Numbered from the whole stretch's first letter, positions 49,040 to 62,662 are shown. The stretch: DNA of 63,003 bases, filler included, from Folioceros fuciformis (GCA_049999805.1; 3 parts of 3 records of this genome joined end to end with filler, not necessarily neighbours in it); one strand, 5' to 3'. Notes: generated by a model not told the origin, from the letters alone. Translations and numbers: made by a program.

Positions 49040-49640
49040 CTAAGTCAGGTCTGCGTAGGGCCACGACTCCAACCTCCTATCCTGTCGCGTAGGCGATGGA
49101 CTAGTCAGGTCTGAGTGGGGCCACGACTCCAACCTCCTATCCTGTCGCGTAGCAGCCGCATAGCTGCATGCCTAGGTTGGCATGCAGTATCCTGCCTATC
49201 CACAAATTGTGGTCCAGGATCAACAACCTAGCCACAAATTGTGGTCCAGGATCAACAACCTAGCCACAAATTGTGGTCCAGGATCAACAACCTAGCCACA
49301 AATTGTGGCTTATGATCAACAACCTAGCTACAAATTGTGGCTTATGATCAACAACCTAGCTACAAATTGTGGCTTATGATCAACAACCTAGCCACAAATT
49401 GTGGCTTATGATCAACACTTATGATCAATACCCTAGCCACAAATTGTCCTTGGCTTATGACAAACAACCTAGCCACAAATTGTTCTTGGCTTATGACCAT
49501 CAACAAGGTTAAAAAACTGTTGGGTCTGCCTAAAAGAAGAGCTGGGTCTGCCTAAAAGAGGAGCTGGGTCTGCCTAAAAGAGGCAGGTCCAAGGCCGAGC
49601 TGGGTCTGCCTAAAAGAGGCAAGTCCAAGGCCGAGGTAAA
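49040..49640. repeat. Compound repeat block: 60-bp duplication (49041-49152), 32-bp tandem array CCACAAATTGTGG...GATCAACAACCTAG (49200-49510) and about 22-bp CTGGGTCTGCCTAAAAGAG repeats; partial second copy at 50135-50310
   Basis: Array units at 49200, 49232, 49264, 49296 and onward. Confidence 0.9.
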
Positions 49641-51148
49641 ATCAAGATGGAAGATTCTCCCAACCTAGTAATGCAACATACCACAAGAACCTCCATGAGA
49701 CAAAGACATAGGGAGGAAGTATGGATGAAGTGCCTCTTTGCACCGGTGGTAGGCACTTCATAATCCTACTTCTCCTTGGCCTTATTTTATTATTTTCATA
49801 TTTGTTTTGGAATATCTCCGCAACGTTCATATGTGTCATGACGCTCTTCCTCAGATGTATCCAACACACATGGTTCACATCCACCATGACACATACATCC
49901 TCTCTCTAGATATGTCACATGCATCTACATATCATCCTTCATCTTCATACGCATACATGCCACACACCTAGGCATACATGTCATGTGCAAGCCATCCATG
50001 GGGCATATACATGGCATCATCAAGCACTTCAGCATCAGGGCTTATGCCCAGGATGCTCTAGTCAGTATCCAGTCATAGAGTCTCAGGTGCTCTATTCTTC
50101 ATATAGCAACAGCATAACAGCTGTCACGCTGCAGTTGCATAGCTGCATGCCTACCTAGCCTGTCCACAAAGCTAAGTATCTAAGCATCAGCCTGCCTGCA
50201 ATATCCTTGGCCTATGGCCCAGGATCAACAACCTAGCCACAAATTGTCCTTGGTCTATGACCAAGAGCAAGGCTACAAGAAGGGTTGGCTCTGCCTAAGA
50301 GAGGCAGGCCCAGTGCCGCGAACAGCCCCTCTGGGAAACTTGGGGGCATAGCCACTAGGTTTCCTACAAAATTGTCTAGACCACCACAACTGTTTATCAA
50401 TGCCCCTACCATCGAAAACGTAACTTGTCCAACACTGATGGTGGCTCTGCCTGAGGACGAGTTACGGGATCGTCTTCGAGATCCTCATCATCCGGTGGGT
50501 CTACACGTGGCTCCTGCTTGATCTCAATCTCGCTAGGCAACTTGAATCCAGAGAGATGGTCAACCTGTTCTTCCACAAAGCGCTTGTGCGCATCTAGCTG
50601 ATTGAAAACAGGGTGTATGCCATCCTGCCCGGCATCCAAGTCCCTATTGTAAGCTTCCTGAGTTGGGTTATTGAAAAACGGTAACGTATAGTAAGTGTAA
50701 ATATGTGGGCTTGCGAGCTTCCTGAGGCAATCGAACGCGTCCTTCTCCTCTCGAGTCTAAGCATGCTGGTCAACATAAGGTGCCTTAAGCTTGTTGGTCA
50801 GAATGTAAAATTGCCGAGGCCATCCTACCACATGATGCCTTGTCTGCAAATGGTGGAACACTCTAAACCATTCTTTGAGAAAGACCAAGCGATGAGGGTA
50901 CATGTCTCCCCAATCAATGAACTTTGCTGGCAACCTCATCCCGTCAAACCATTGGTACATCTGAAAGTGGTGCTACAACTTCCTCCAAGCTCCTTCTATA
51001 TAGCTTGTCCATGCCCAGGGCAACCGCTGTGGAGGCAAAACCCCAGGCACTGATTGCCAACGGGTTCCACCTTTAGTGGCCACACTTATCCCACTGTCGT
51101 TGAGACATTGGGTTTCGTTCCCACGAAGGAGCGATGGGGTTCCTTGCT

Positions 51149-51248
51149 NNNNNNNNNNNNNNNNNNNNNNNNNNNNNNNNNNNNNNNNNNNNTTAATTAA
51201 TTAANNNNNNNNNNNNNNNNNNNNNNNNNNNNNNNNNNNNNNNNNNNN
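51149..51248. other. Assembly gap spacer (44 N + TTAATTAATTAA + 44 N)
   Basis: Same structure as 19561-19660. Confidence 0.97.
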
Positions 51249-52788
51249 GTTGGATGTTGTGCATTTAGATGTTGGATGTTGTGCATTCAGATGTTGGATG
51301 CTGTGCATTCAAATGTTGGATGTTTATGCATTCAGATGTTGGATGTTGTGCATTCAGATGTATGGGGTCCTACACAGACTGCATCAATCAGAGGATGCAA
51401 GTACTATGTGACCTTCATTGACAACCACACAAGGAAGGTGTGGGTCTATTTCATGAAAGAAAAAAGTGAAGTGATCACTCATTTTCATACTTTCAAGACG
51501 ATGGTTGAGAAGCAGACAGGTAGGCACATCAAATGCTTAAGATCTGATGGAGGGGGAGAGTACTTCTCCAAAGCTTATCAGAAAAGAGCATTCAACGGCA
51601 ATACTCATGTCGTTATACGCCACAACAAAATGGAGTTGCAAAGCGCAAGAACAGGCACATAGCAGAAGTGGTGAGAGCATTGATGACAGAGAAGAAGATG
51701 CCTCACTACTATTGGGCTAAAGCTGTAAACACTGCAAAGTACATCATGAATAGAACTCCCACAACAGCGGTGCACAGTGTAACACCGGAGGAGAAGTTCA
51801 CAGGGAAGAAACCCGACTTGTCACACTTAAAGGTATTTGGTTGCAGTGCTTATGTCCATATTCCGGATGAGTTGCGGACTAAGCTTGATCTAAAACCAGA
51901 AAAGTGTGTCTTCATTGAGTATTCTGTTACATAGAAAGGATACAGGTGTTACAATCCCAGTACACGAAGAGACGTAGTCTTTGATGAAATGGCTAGCTGG
52001 TACTTTGAAGAACAAGCAAGTGGTGTAGCTAATGTGCATGAAACTGAGGTAACAAGCAATGCAAGTCAACAATCACAAGTGCTGAGTGGACTGCAAGCAT
52101 CATCAAACTCAACAAATGTTCAGAATCCATGGAGTGGCAGGTTGCGAGGTAGTGTGAGCCCTACAAGCTCCACAGCTGTGTCTCGCAAAGGGAAGGAAAA
52201 GTCCAGGATTCAAAGATACCAAACCTAAGTGCAGGTGCAGATGATTCAAGCGACTCTGAGCAGAGCTTGAATGAGGAATTCGGTGTATCGAAAATTGAAA
52301 CACCCGATGCAAAAGAGGTTCAATGAGCCCCTGGAAGTGGTTGAATCCCATGGAAATTTGGAAGACAGAAGGTTCCAATACAGCGGTTGACCTATGATAG
52401 CTATGTAGCTAAGCAGTGTGCCTATATGGCAAAGGTTGTGCAAGATGTGGAACCAAGGAGCTTTAAAGAAGCTATTGGAGACACAAAGTGGGAACATGCC
52501 ATGGGTGAAGAAATGAATGCATTAGATCATAATGCAACATGGGACCTAGTACAACTACCTGAAGGCAAGAAACAAATAGGTTGCAAATGGGTGTATAAGG
52601 TCATACACAACGCAGATGGTAGTGTCAGCAAGTACAAGGCAAGGCTTGTGGCCAAGGGATATGCCTAGACACATGGAACAGATTTTGAGGAGACGTTCAG
52701 TCCAGTTGCCAAAATGGCAACAATTCAAACCGTGATCGCACTAGTGGCATCGAAAGGTTGGGTCCTACATCATATGGATGTGAAGAAA
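51249..52788 (+). mobile_element. Ty1/copia fragment A (integrase to start of RT), degenerate
   Basis: VHSDVWGP, CLRSDGGGEY, KVFGCSAYVHIP, IGCKWVYK...YKARLVAKGY and HMDVK. It is cut off by an LTR at 52789. Confidence 0.93.
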
Positions 52789-55700
52789 TGTTAGAGCATA
52801 TGTAGCATCTTAACTATACTTAAACATAAGTGCTAGGTAAACACAGACGAAACGGCATGGCTGTTTGAGAAAAATCGGCTAGGCAGATAAACTGCTATTT
52901 AAGCAGAAACACTCATGTGATTTTTGACTTTATTATTCAATTGTAAAACTCATAGAGAACTATTTTCCTAGAATCGCTATGCTCCCTAATCACTTTGTTC
53001 TCATGGTATCAAAGCCATGCTGAAACCTCCGGAGGAATCCTGGAACCATGTCGAGGCAGGGCGCACCCAGTAGGGGCAGATTCGAGTGCGTGCCTGAAAC
53101 TGAACTCACCGCCGCAGGCTGCCCACTTGATCACCTGGCGCACCTCTCAGCAGAAAGTGTGCGTGGCCCCAGGAGAGGGAGAGCCCGGCGCCCGTGGCGG
53201 CAACTCTCTCCTCCCCGGTGCTAGCAATTCCCCTTGCAACGCGACTGCGCCTCCAACACTCGTTGTTCCTACGGACAATCCACGTTGGCGCGCTACTCGC
53301 TGAACGCTTGGGGGCCCTTGCGAGCACCTGGAACACCTGCCACACACCAGTGCAACGCAGACATCAACCCACACAAAGGGCTAAGGAAGATTCTCGACAG
53401 ATCCCACAGCATACTCAGCCGTGTGGAGGGATTGCTGTCCAATCTGCTCTCGTACCAGGCTTCCTCCAAAATCCACGCCCAACGCCCCGACCCCGGACTT
53501 AAGACCCCTAAATTCCCCACCACTGACAAAATCCGTGAGAGCATTTGCTAGGTTGTAGATTTCCTCAAGAACCTTGATCAATAGAGGCGAAATTCAGGGG
53601 ACTCGCCCACCAAGTCGGGATCAAACAACCTTGGGCCCTAGACACCTCCGCTGCCAGGGAGCAATGACCCGTGCGAACGGGCAGGTTCGGTGCCCCATAC
53701 GCAAACTGGCGCGATGCGCTTCACGCCCCTTGCCGAGATCGACCCAGATGCCTCCCCATTGGGCCACTTGGTGAACCTTTTCATGCCGCTGGGACATGAC
53801 GGTTAGTAACGGCCGACCTGGACTCAAACCCTAGGGCTCACCTCCTTCAGTCTACCCCCCTAGAAATAACAGCAATAAGTACCATTTCCCCTATCCGAGC
53901 CTAATAGGCCAGGCTAGTTCCCTGTCACCTTAGGTGCACCTATGCTGCAGGCGTCAGTGGCGAAGCCTTCAACTAGGCGCAGGATCCAAATGCCATCCAC
54001 CTAACGGCACCTGAACTCTATGCCCAGCTAGGCTCCACCACCTACGTCCCAACATTAGCCGCTAAGGGAACGAGAGCCTAATAACAGGAGTTATGTGCAC
54101 GCCTACCTCCCTGTACCACTGCAGCCGTAGCTCCTTTGGTCGTCGTAGGTGTACATGGTCACCCCTGCACAACTCAACTCCCTCATTAGTGGTCTTCAAC
54201 AGCTTTCCTTACATACACCAGTCCAGCATCCAGCCATGGCAGCATCGTCAAGCGCACCTACCTTTACCTCAAAACTCAAGGAGAAGGACAGGTTTAAGGG
54301 GTCTGGCTATACTGTGTGGAAAGTTAGGATGAAGGCCACCTTGTTGGCCAGGGGAGTTTGGACCGTCGTTGACGGCTCATATCCCAAACCTAATCCCAAC
54401 ACCAGTCCTACCCCCACAGCCGACGAAATTGCCAAGTGGGAACAGCACAACACCATTGCTATCACCCTAATTATAGGTGGGTTAGACGCAGACTTGGTCC
54501 CAGAGGTAGAGTACCTCACATCTGCACACGGCATGTGGGATCAATTAGAAAAGACATAGAAAATCCAGAACATGATGACGCTATGCGCAGTCAGCAGGAG
54601 TTCTTCTCTCTTAGAATGAAAGAAGGAGAAAAGGTGGCCTCATATGTTAGCAAGTTTCGGCACCTACGTGCCCAACTTACTGCGATGACAAGAGAGAAGG
54701 TGTCACAGGTGGATGCTATCGCCCAACTGCTGAGCAGTCTTCCTCCCTCCTACTAGACCTTCGATATGAGCCAAAACAGCCCCATACACGCTGTTGCAGC
54801 TGCCTCAGGCCAGACAGCGACCATCACCTTGGAGGAGGTGATTGGTGTGCTATTCTAGGAAGAGCAGAGTCGCGCCTTCTCATCCACCTTCAGGAACAAG
54901 GGAGAGAAGGTATTAGCCACAAACTTCCGCAAGGGAAGAACCAGACCAAGAAGCACAGCAATGCAGGGACAGAGGGGGGAACCTTCAAGCCCTGTCAAGA
55001 GACCTGGCAACTGCAATTGGTGTGGCCTTCCCGGCCACTAGGTCAGAGAATGTCGGAAAAGAAGGGCCGGTGAGCCCTGTAGGCAGCAAAAACCAGCCGC
55101 AAACGTGGCCATGAGGCAGAACAAACCAGGAGACTCGAAGGCTCCTGTGAAGATACTGACAATCTGCTTGTCCAGCACTCTCAATGATGACAGCTGCTGG
55201 TACCTCGACTCCGAGGCGACGACCCATATCTGCAAGAAAAGGGACCTCTTTAGTACCCTTGACCTAACACAAAAAGGAGGTCAGGTATTTCTTGTAGATG
55301 AGCAGAGCAAGACAAGTCTGCGCATTGAGGGCAAGGGTACCTGTGTCTTCAGCTTGCATGATGGCACTGAACTAACCCTGACAAATGTCATTTATGTCCT
55401 AGGCATGGCCAAGAACCTCATGTCCATGAGCCAACTCATGGGACAGCAGGCCTTCTACATGCACGCAGACTCTGAGCACTACTGCTTCTACAGGCAGTCA
55501 TCTCCCCACACATGTGCCTTTGAGGGACTGCCTGAGAGCAACCTATATAGGCTCAACATCACCTGTCACAGTTCAGACCCACACACATAGGTTGTCCACA
55601 AAACCACAGGTCCTAACCTAAGTCAGGCACAACAGGCCTTGTTGTGGCATGCCCGCCTAGGACATGTCAATAGGTCAAAGCTGATGTCAGCCCTAGAGTG

Positions 55701-56060
55701 CCACCAAGAACCCCTGCCCAAATGCTTCAAGCAATTACATGTGTGCGAATCATGTATCCTTGCCAAGCAGAAGGAATCACCATTCGTGATTCACCTGCAT
55801 AGAGGGCCACCCGAGTCCTTGAGTTAGTCCACGCAGACATCTCAGGCAAAGTCCATGAGCCCTCCCTTGGAGGTGCTCGTTACTTCCTAACAATCACTGA
55901 TAACTACAGCCGCTACACGTGGACCTACCCCATGCAGTTGAAAAGTGACACCTATGCCTGCTTCGAGGAATGGCTTACCATAGCCCAGAGGCAATCAGGA
56001 CAGCTCGTGAAGACCCTTAAAACCGATAACGGCACTGAATTTGTCAACTCATCATTTGCC
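52789..56060 (+). mobile_element. Ty1/copia element B: 5' LTR (52789-53003, TG...CA), tRNA-Met PBS (53004-53015), gag, protease and truncated integrase
   Basis: TGGTATCAAAGC follows CA. Motifs: gag YTVWKVRMKATL, zinc knuckle CNWCGLPGH, WYLDSEATTH, LWHARLGH and TDNGTEF. Many in-frame stops. Confidence 0.9.
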
Positions 56061-56062
56061 AG

Positions 56063-57155
56063 ATCAAAGATGCTGCTAGATCTACGATCATACACACACC
56101 CTGCCAACCTGCATCTGTGTACCCACAAAGTTTTTTTTGAATCTGCAGCATAAAAGAGAGCATGATCCATAGTTGCCTTTACATAGCGCAACATTCACCT
56201 TACTGCATCCAAATGTGGCTTTCTTGGTGCCTGCATAAACTGACTCTGCAGTCCTACTGTGTAGTTTAAATCTAGTCTGGATAGAGTGAGATATATCAAG
56301 CTACCCACAATCTTCCTGTACATTGTTGGATCTTCAAGTGCTTCACCATCATGAGCATTGAGCTTCAGATTTTGATCCAAAGGAATTGAGATTGGCTTGC
56401 ACTCAGCCATACCATACTTAGTTAATACATCCGACGTATACTTCCGTTGTGATAGCCAAATGCCTGTGTTGGTTCGTATAATTTCAATGCCCAAAAAGAA
56501 CCTCAGTTCACCTAGGTCCATCATCTTGAACTCTTGTTGCAGAAGTTCCTTGATCTGCTCCACTTGATCCAGCTGATTACCTCCAGTGATTAGATCATCC
56601 ACATAAATGATCACAAAGAAAATCCTTTGTACTTCTGCACACATACAATGAATGATCCGCATCTGCCATGTTGAATCCGATGTGAATTAGATGTTGAGCA
56701 AAACGGTCATGCTAAGCTCTCTGGGCTAGCTTCAGTCCGTGCAACGTTTTTTTCAGCTTGCACACATGATTTGGATGATCCAAATCGTCATAACCTGGTG
56801 GCTGGTCCATGTATACTTCTTCCAGCAACTCTCCATGTAAGAACGTATTCTTCACATCCATATGATGTAGGACCCAACCTTCCAAATTTCCATGGGATTC
56901 AACCACTTCCAGGGGCTCATTGAACCTCTTTTGCATCGGGTGTTTCAATTTTCGGTACACCGAATTCCTCATTCAAGCTCTGCTCAGAGTCGCTTGAATC
57001 ATTTGCACCTGCACTCAGGTTTGGTATCTTTGAATCCTGGACTTTTTCCTTCCCTTTGCGAGACACAGCTATGGAGCTTGTAGGGCTCACACTACCTTGC
57101 AACCTGCCACTCCATGGATTCTGAACATTTGTTGAGTTTGATGACACTTACAGTC
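56063..57155 (-). mobile_element. Ty1/copia fragment A' (inverted relative of A; RT to start of RNase H)
   Basis: 57155-56880 is nearly identical to about 52090-52365 in reverse complement. Motifs [22 protein letters not shown]-like YVDDLITG, YRKIVGSLIYL and DRRSS. Confidence 0.93.
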
Positions 57156-60100
57156 AATGTCCTTCATCTTATACACCCATTTGCATGGCAACGCCTTCTT
57201 GCCCTTAGGCAACCGAACCAACTCCCAAGTTTGGTTCTTGTACAGTGAATCCATCTGCGACTGCATCGCTTCCTCCCACTTGTCCTTGTCAGTCACTGAC
57301 ATGGCCTCTTGGTAACAAGAGGGCTCCCCACAATCCGTCAGCATGACATAATCAAGAGATGCAACATACCTATCAGGAGGACGTGAGATCCTTCCTGACC
57401 TACGAAGCAATGGTGCCTCGACCGGAGCTGGTTGCACTCTCTCCTCTTGTACAAGTGGAGGAAGTTGTTCCTGCACATCACGACGTTCAACCTGCGCAGG
57501 ACGGTCAAATCCATCTTCTTGAAACACCACCCGTCGCACCTCCACATTTGGAGTAGGCTTCTTGTGCATCTTGGTCTCATTGAAGAACACGTCATTACTG
57601 CGAACCATTCTCTTGGCCTCTGGATCCCACAAACGGTATCCCATCTCACCAGATTCACCATAGCCAAGAAAAATACATTTCTTGGACTTGTGTGCCAACT
57701 TGTCCCGAAACTCCTTAGGAACATGGTAGTATGCCTCGCAGCCAATCTTTCGTAAATGCTTGTATGACGGCTTCTTTCCAGACCACATCTCCTCCGGAAC
57801 CTGCTCAGGTTAGGAGACCCTATTAGGAGATCTGTTAATAAGATGCACCGTAGTAGCCATTGCTTCGGCCCAAAATCCGTTAGGCAATCCAAATTTTGAC
57901 AGTAAACTCCGCATCCGCTCCTGGATGGTCATGTTCATCCGTTCAGCCACACCATTTTGGGTAGGAGTATCCAGCGCAGTCAATTCTCTCTTGATTCCCT
58001 TAAAATCACAGAATGACTGGAAAGCCTTCGAGACATACTCTCCCCCATTGTCTGTCCTTAGACACTTCAGTCGGAGGCTAGATTGAGTCTCCACAAGGGT
58101 AACAAATTTCTGAAACACTGTCAGAACATCATCCTTTTTCCTCAAAGGATAAACCCACACCTTGCGTGAAAAGTCATCAATGAAAGTGACAAAATAAGAT
58201 GCAACACCTAAAGATACTGTGGGCATAGGTCCACAAACGTCACTGTGAACCAACTCAAGAGGTTTACTTTTGTGTTTACCTCTTGCTCCATGTGGTGACT
58301 TCGTCTGTTTCCCATACAAACAATGCTCACACACAGAGAAATCGATGAAGTCAAAAGCAGGGACGTAACCAAAACGAGATAAGATCTTCATTCCTTTTTG
58401 AGACATATGTCCTAACCGATTATGCCACAAGGAAACACTTGGCTGCTCCATTACACAAATCACATGATCCTTAACAGTGGTTACCTGAAGTGAGTACAAA
58501 GTGCCACACTTCATTCCACGAGCTAACACAAGAGAACCTTTGGAGACCTTCCAAGAATTATCTCCAAACCAACAGTGGTAGCCAGCGTTATCCAACTGCC
58601 CTGCGCTAGTCATGCTTTTTGTCAACTTCAGAACATGCCTAACATCCTTCAGTGTGAATGAAGATCCGTTGTGGAACTTCAGCTGCACATCACCAACGCC
58701 TGCAATCTCGCACACATAGTTATTTCCAAGCCGAACACATCCTTTCCTAGTAGCATCATAAGTGCTAAACCACTCCCTATGCGGAGTAACATGGAAAGAT
58801 GCTCCAGAGTCAATTATCCAATTAGAGAATAAATGACTATCCACGGCTGTCAGTTGTGCAGAATCGAAGGAAGAAGAGATAAGAACATCTCCATCGTCAA
58901 CATAATTCACCTCGTTAGGCTTGGTACTCGGACTTGCCTTGGTGTCGGTTTGCTTTTTCTTCTTTCCTATGTCCTTCTTGAACTTCTCGCAGTCCTTTCT
59001 GATGTGATGCTTCTTGTGACAATGATAACACTCAACATTGTTACGACTACGAGATTTACTACGGGAAGAACTTCGTCCCTTGTACTTCCCCTTTGAAGTG
59101 GACCTTCCTCTCACCATGAGGGCATTAGAACCTTTCGAAGGTTCTATATTCTTTCTGTTCACCTCCTCTGTTAACAGACTACCTTCTACATTTGCAACGG
59201 TAAGACCACTAGCAGGAGCCGAATTACTCAGAGCTGTACAAAAGGTGTCCCAGCTCTCTGGTAATGTGACCAATAGAAACATAGCTCTCACGGAATCCGG
59301 AAACGAGATACCTTGAGATGAGAGCTCGCTGAAAATTGTATTGAACTCGTTTAGATGATCGGACATCCTCGTCCCTTCCTTCATCTTCAAGTCCACCAAT
59401 TGTTTCAATCAGTACACATGAGAAGCCGCACTTTGCTTCTCGTACAGGTCACACAACTTCTGTCATAGCTCGTAGCTTGTGGTCTTGTCTTTCACGTTGA
59501 AGTAGACCGACTTCGACAATGTTAGCATGATGGTAGACCTAGCAAGCTCATCTAGATCCTACCACTCATCTTGAGTCATGCTAACAGGTTTCACTCCTAG
59601 CAACTTTATCGGCTTGATTTGCTTCTTCTGCACTAGAACATTGTACACTTATTCTTTCCAGAACGGGAAGTTAGTACCATCTAGCTTCTCGATATTGAAC
59701 ATGACGTTTTCGGAGGACGTCATGATTCAAAAAACCAATGCAAATCAACTTAAAGGCTAGTTAGTAAACAGTCGGAATGTAATGTAGATTCTCAAAGTTA
59801 CCCTCATAACTTGTTCCAAATCGGATGTCCACAACTTGGGCTTCGATTGCTCACAACTGGAATGTCTCCCATCGTCCGATCGAGATCTTGACTTCCACGG
59901 TCGGGGTCAGTTCGGCGCCCACACCCTCGCACTCGACGACCGCAATTTGTTCGCTTTCTTGCATCCGTCTTGCGCGCTCGGTGCTCAGCAAGATCCTTGT
60001 CTCGGTAGCGCTCCACTGGCGAACGACTACCGTCCAGGTATCCCTTCCATTGGTGCCTAGTTGGTGCCCAGTTGGCGCCCTACGGGCGCCTTGCTAGCAC

Positions 60101-61283
60101 TAGGGTGGCACCCCGCTGGCGCCTTGCTGGCACTAGGGTGGCACCCCGCTGGCGCTCTGCTGGCGGCCAAGTGGCGCCTTGTTGGAGCCCGCGTGGCGGC
60201 CAAGTAGCGCCGCGTTGGCATCCGGGTGGCGCCGCGTTGGCGCTCGAGTGGCGCCCAGGTGGCCCCTCGTTGGCCCCCGGGTGGCGCCCAGTGGCGCTTA
60301 GTTTGCGCCCGGGGGGTGCCCTACTGGCGCCCTAACCGTCCTAGGTCCATCTTCTTGCCTTGTGCCTCTGCTCATTGTACCTACAATAGGCACAACCATC
60401 TTGCTCCACAACCTTAGCTCTAATACCACTTGAAAGGATCATTAGAGGAGCATGGTGAGGGAGAAGAGAGAAGAAGGGAGGAGGAGAGGAGAGGAGAAAG
60501 AGAGGTCTCATAGTGTCTCTCACAGCTCTATTGCAAAGGGAACCCTTTGTGAACGACGCTATGAACTCTAGAAGGTTGGGAAAGCTTGCTGCAGTTGAAC
60601 TGCCGCTGCTGTTGCTAGCACGATTAAGGCGTGTGGGTGATGCTGCCTTGCTGTACTTGCGTGCCTGCCTCCACCCAGCTCATTTGCTCTCACATCTTGC
60701 ATGCCTGTCCCAGATTGAAATAGTTGTTGAAGTGAAGAGATTGCAGCAAAAACTTGCAGTAATCTGGGTTTGAAAGGAACTGCGTGACACACGTAGCTTG
60801 GTGAGTCAGTAAGTTGCGCCATGAACTGCAACACTGGAATCAAAGGCACTGAAAACGTTCCTCATCCTAGCTCCCAATTCCAGAGAACACAAAAACATGG
60901 TTTGAGCTGCCTTCCCCAAGTTACAGCGCTGCGCGACACAACTTCAACAACTATCGACTTCTACCCTAGCTGCCCCTTTTTTCTAGCGCCAGCCATCTTC
61001 ACGATCCAGCGTCTAGTTGAGTTGGCTTCATGCCCTTGCATTAGCGCTGCTCCTTCCATGATGCCTTGCTAGTGTACCCTAAGTTATGCTGTTTTCCCAC
61101 GTTGGGCAGCAGGGTTACACCAACAACAAGTTGCAAAATACCCAACATGTGTTCCGACTCAACTTGCCTAGAAACATCTAGCTATTTCTAAGCTAGTTTG
61201 CGAAATATCTAGCTAAGCTACGTTCATTTATCCTAGCATTGGTTTACTTAAGACATATATTTGCTATCCTATTCTAAATAACA
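57156..61283 (-). mobile_element. Ty1/copia element C: probable 5' LTR (about 61283-60431), PBS 60428-60417, GC-rich leader repeats, gag-pol (start about 59722) truncated in early RT
   Basis: The minus-strand sequence CA-AG-TGGTATTAGAGC marks the PBS. Motifs EKLDGTNFPFW, CYHCHKKHHIRKDC, WIIDSGASFH, LWHNRLGH, VHSDVCGP, TDNGGEY and LPCKWVYK. The far LTR boundary is approximate. Confidence 0.88.
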
Positions 61284-61644
61284 TCGATTGAGGGTTTCTT
61301 ACCTAATCGGCTCCATCAGAATCTTCCATTTTTAGGACATGGACTGTCCTCACTTGCAGCACATTGTGCTGCAATTTGTGACATGGAGAGTAGTCAGAAA
61401 CAACACTAGGATACAGGTACAAATGCTGAATATGCAAGTCGGAACCCCAAGCTTCAAGTGGGTGCTGGCTAGGCTCAAGACTCGACTCATCACAACATTG
61501 CCCTAGCACGACAACATGACTTAGGTTAGTGGTTAATTACCATAACTATAGTTAATACCTTTATTTGTATATATTTGGACATCATTCGTTATTCAAGTGC
61601 TTTTTCACAATTCTCTTTGTTCATAGAATATTTCCACAGTGTAT

Positions 61645-61658
61645 CATGGTATCAGAGC
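61645..61658 (+). mobile_element. LTR 3' end plus tRNA-Met primer-binding site of a further retrotransposon
   Basis: CA-TGGTATCAGAGC. Confidence 0.75.
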
Positions 61659-62648
61659 CCAAAACAACATTTTGATTTGTAGCATTGGTCAGATGCTTGT
61701 GCACATGAGTCTCACTCAGCAATTTGCTGAATGGGAACTTGTGTGCTAAGGTTCTGGTTAGTACCTACATAGTTTCGAAGTGTTAGATGTTCATGGGTGC
61801 CTAAGGAAAATTTTCTAAATAATTTTTCTAGAGCAGCCACATGAGGCAAAGGCACTATGGCCAAAGGTATAGGGTGGCGGGTTCTTGAATCACTTTATCC
61901 CAATTACCTCGGTCTGCAGCAAGTTGCCTGTGATCTATCTGCACGTCCAAAACGGAGAGATGTGAGAAATCTATTTAGGAGTGCCCGATTTCCAACAGAG
62001 AAAAGACAACCTGGATGTTTTCGAAGGGAACACAGGCTTCGAGTGAATCGAGTAGGTGTCCTAGAGCAGTGTCAACAACTCTGTGATGAGTTTCGGGAAT
62101 CCTTGTTGCCGTTGTTGGATCTACAAACACAGGTGCACAGAATCGAGCACATGCTATTAAAACTCATGCCTATGATCAGTCAGAGCCTTACAGCTCTTGA
62201 AGACTTGGTAGCCCAGAATTGTTCTATTGTTCAAGGGTTGATGCTGCTGATTGGGCGCTTGAAATTTGCTGTCTCTACTCGTGATTCCAAGGTGGCAATG
62301 TATCTTTCGTCCCTAAGGCCGCCTCTCGCTCTGTCGCGAGCTCCAGCCTTGCTCTGACCAATTCAGATTTGAAGAGGCACGCTCTAGCTAGGGCAAGAGT
62401 GGCTGGTGCTGATTGGTGTGGCTTCCCTTGGCGGTTGCTCTTGCACCTACGGCGTTGAGTTATTATGATTATCATTTTTAATACCTCTTTATTAAGAGTC
62501 ATGTCCTTAGTAAAAGGTTATGTCTATTCATAATAACTTAAGTTCAATTAGCCTCCTTTGACAAGTGCTCTTATTGTAATATTCTTTTATCAATAATGTA
62601 ATTGTTTAATATAGCAATTGATCTACGTCAATTCAATCCAATATTTGT

Positions 62649-62662
62649 CATGGTATCAGAGC
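62649..62662 (+). mobile_element. LTR 3' end plus tRNA-Met primer-binding site of a further retrotransposon
   Basis: CA-TGGTATCAGAGC. Confidence 0.75.

Noticed and set aside
60055-60335. GC-rich GGTGGCGCC repeats with an 87-aa ORF
   Set aside because: Lies between the PBS and gag of copia element C; interpreted as leader repeats, not a gene.
61857-62357. 166-aa ORF after a PBS
   Set aside because: No gag or other motif recognised and it lies between LTR remnants; insufficient support for a CDS call.
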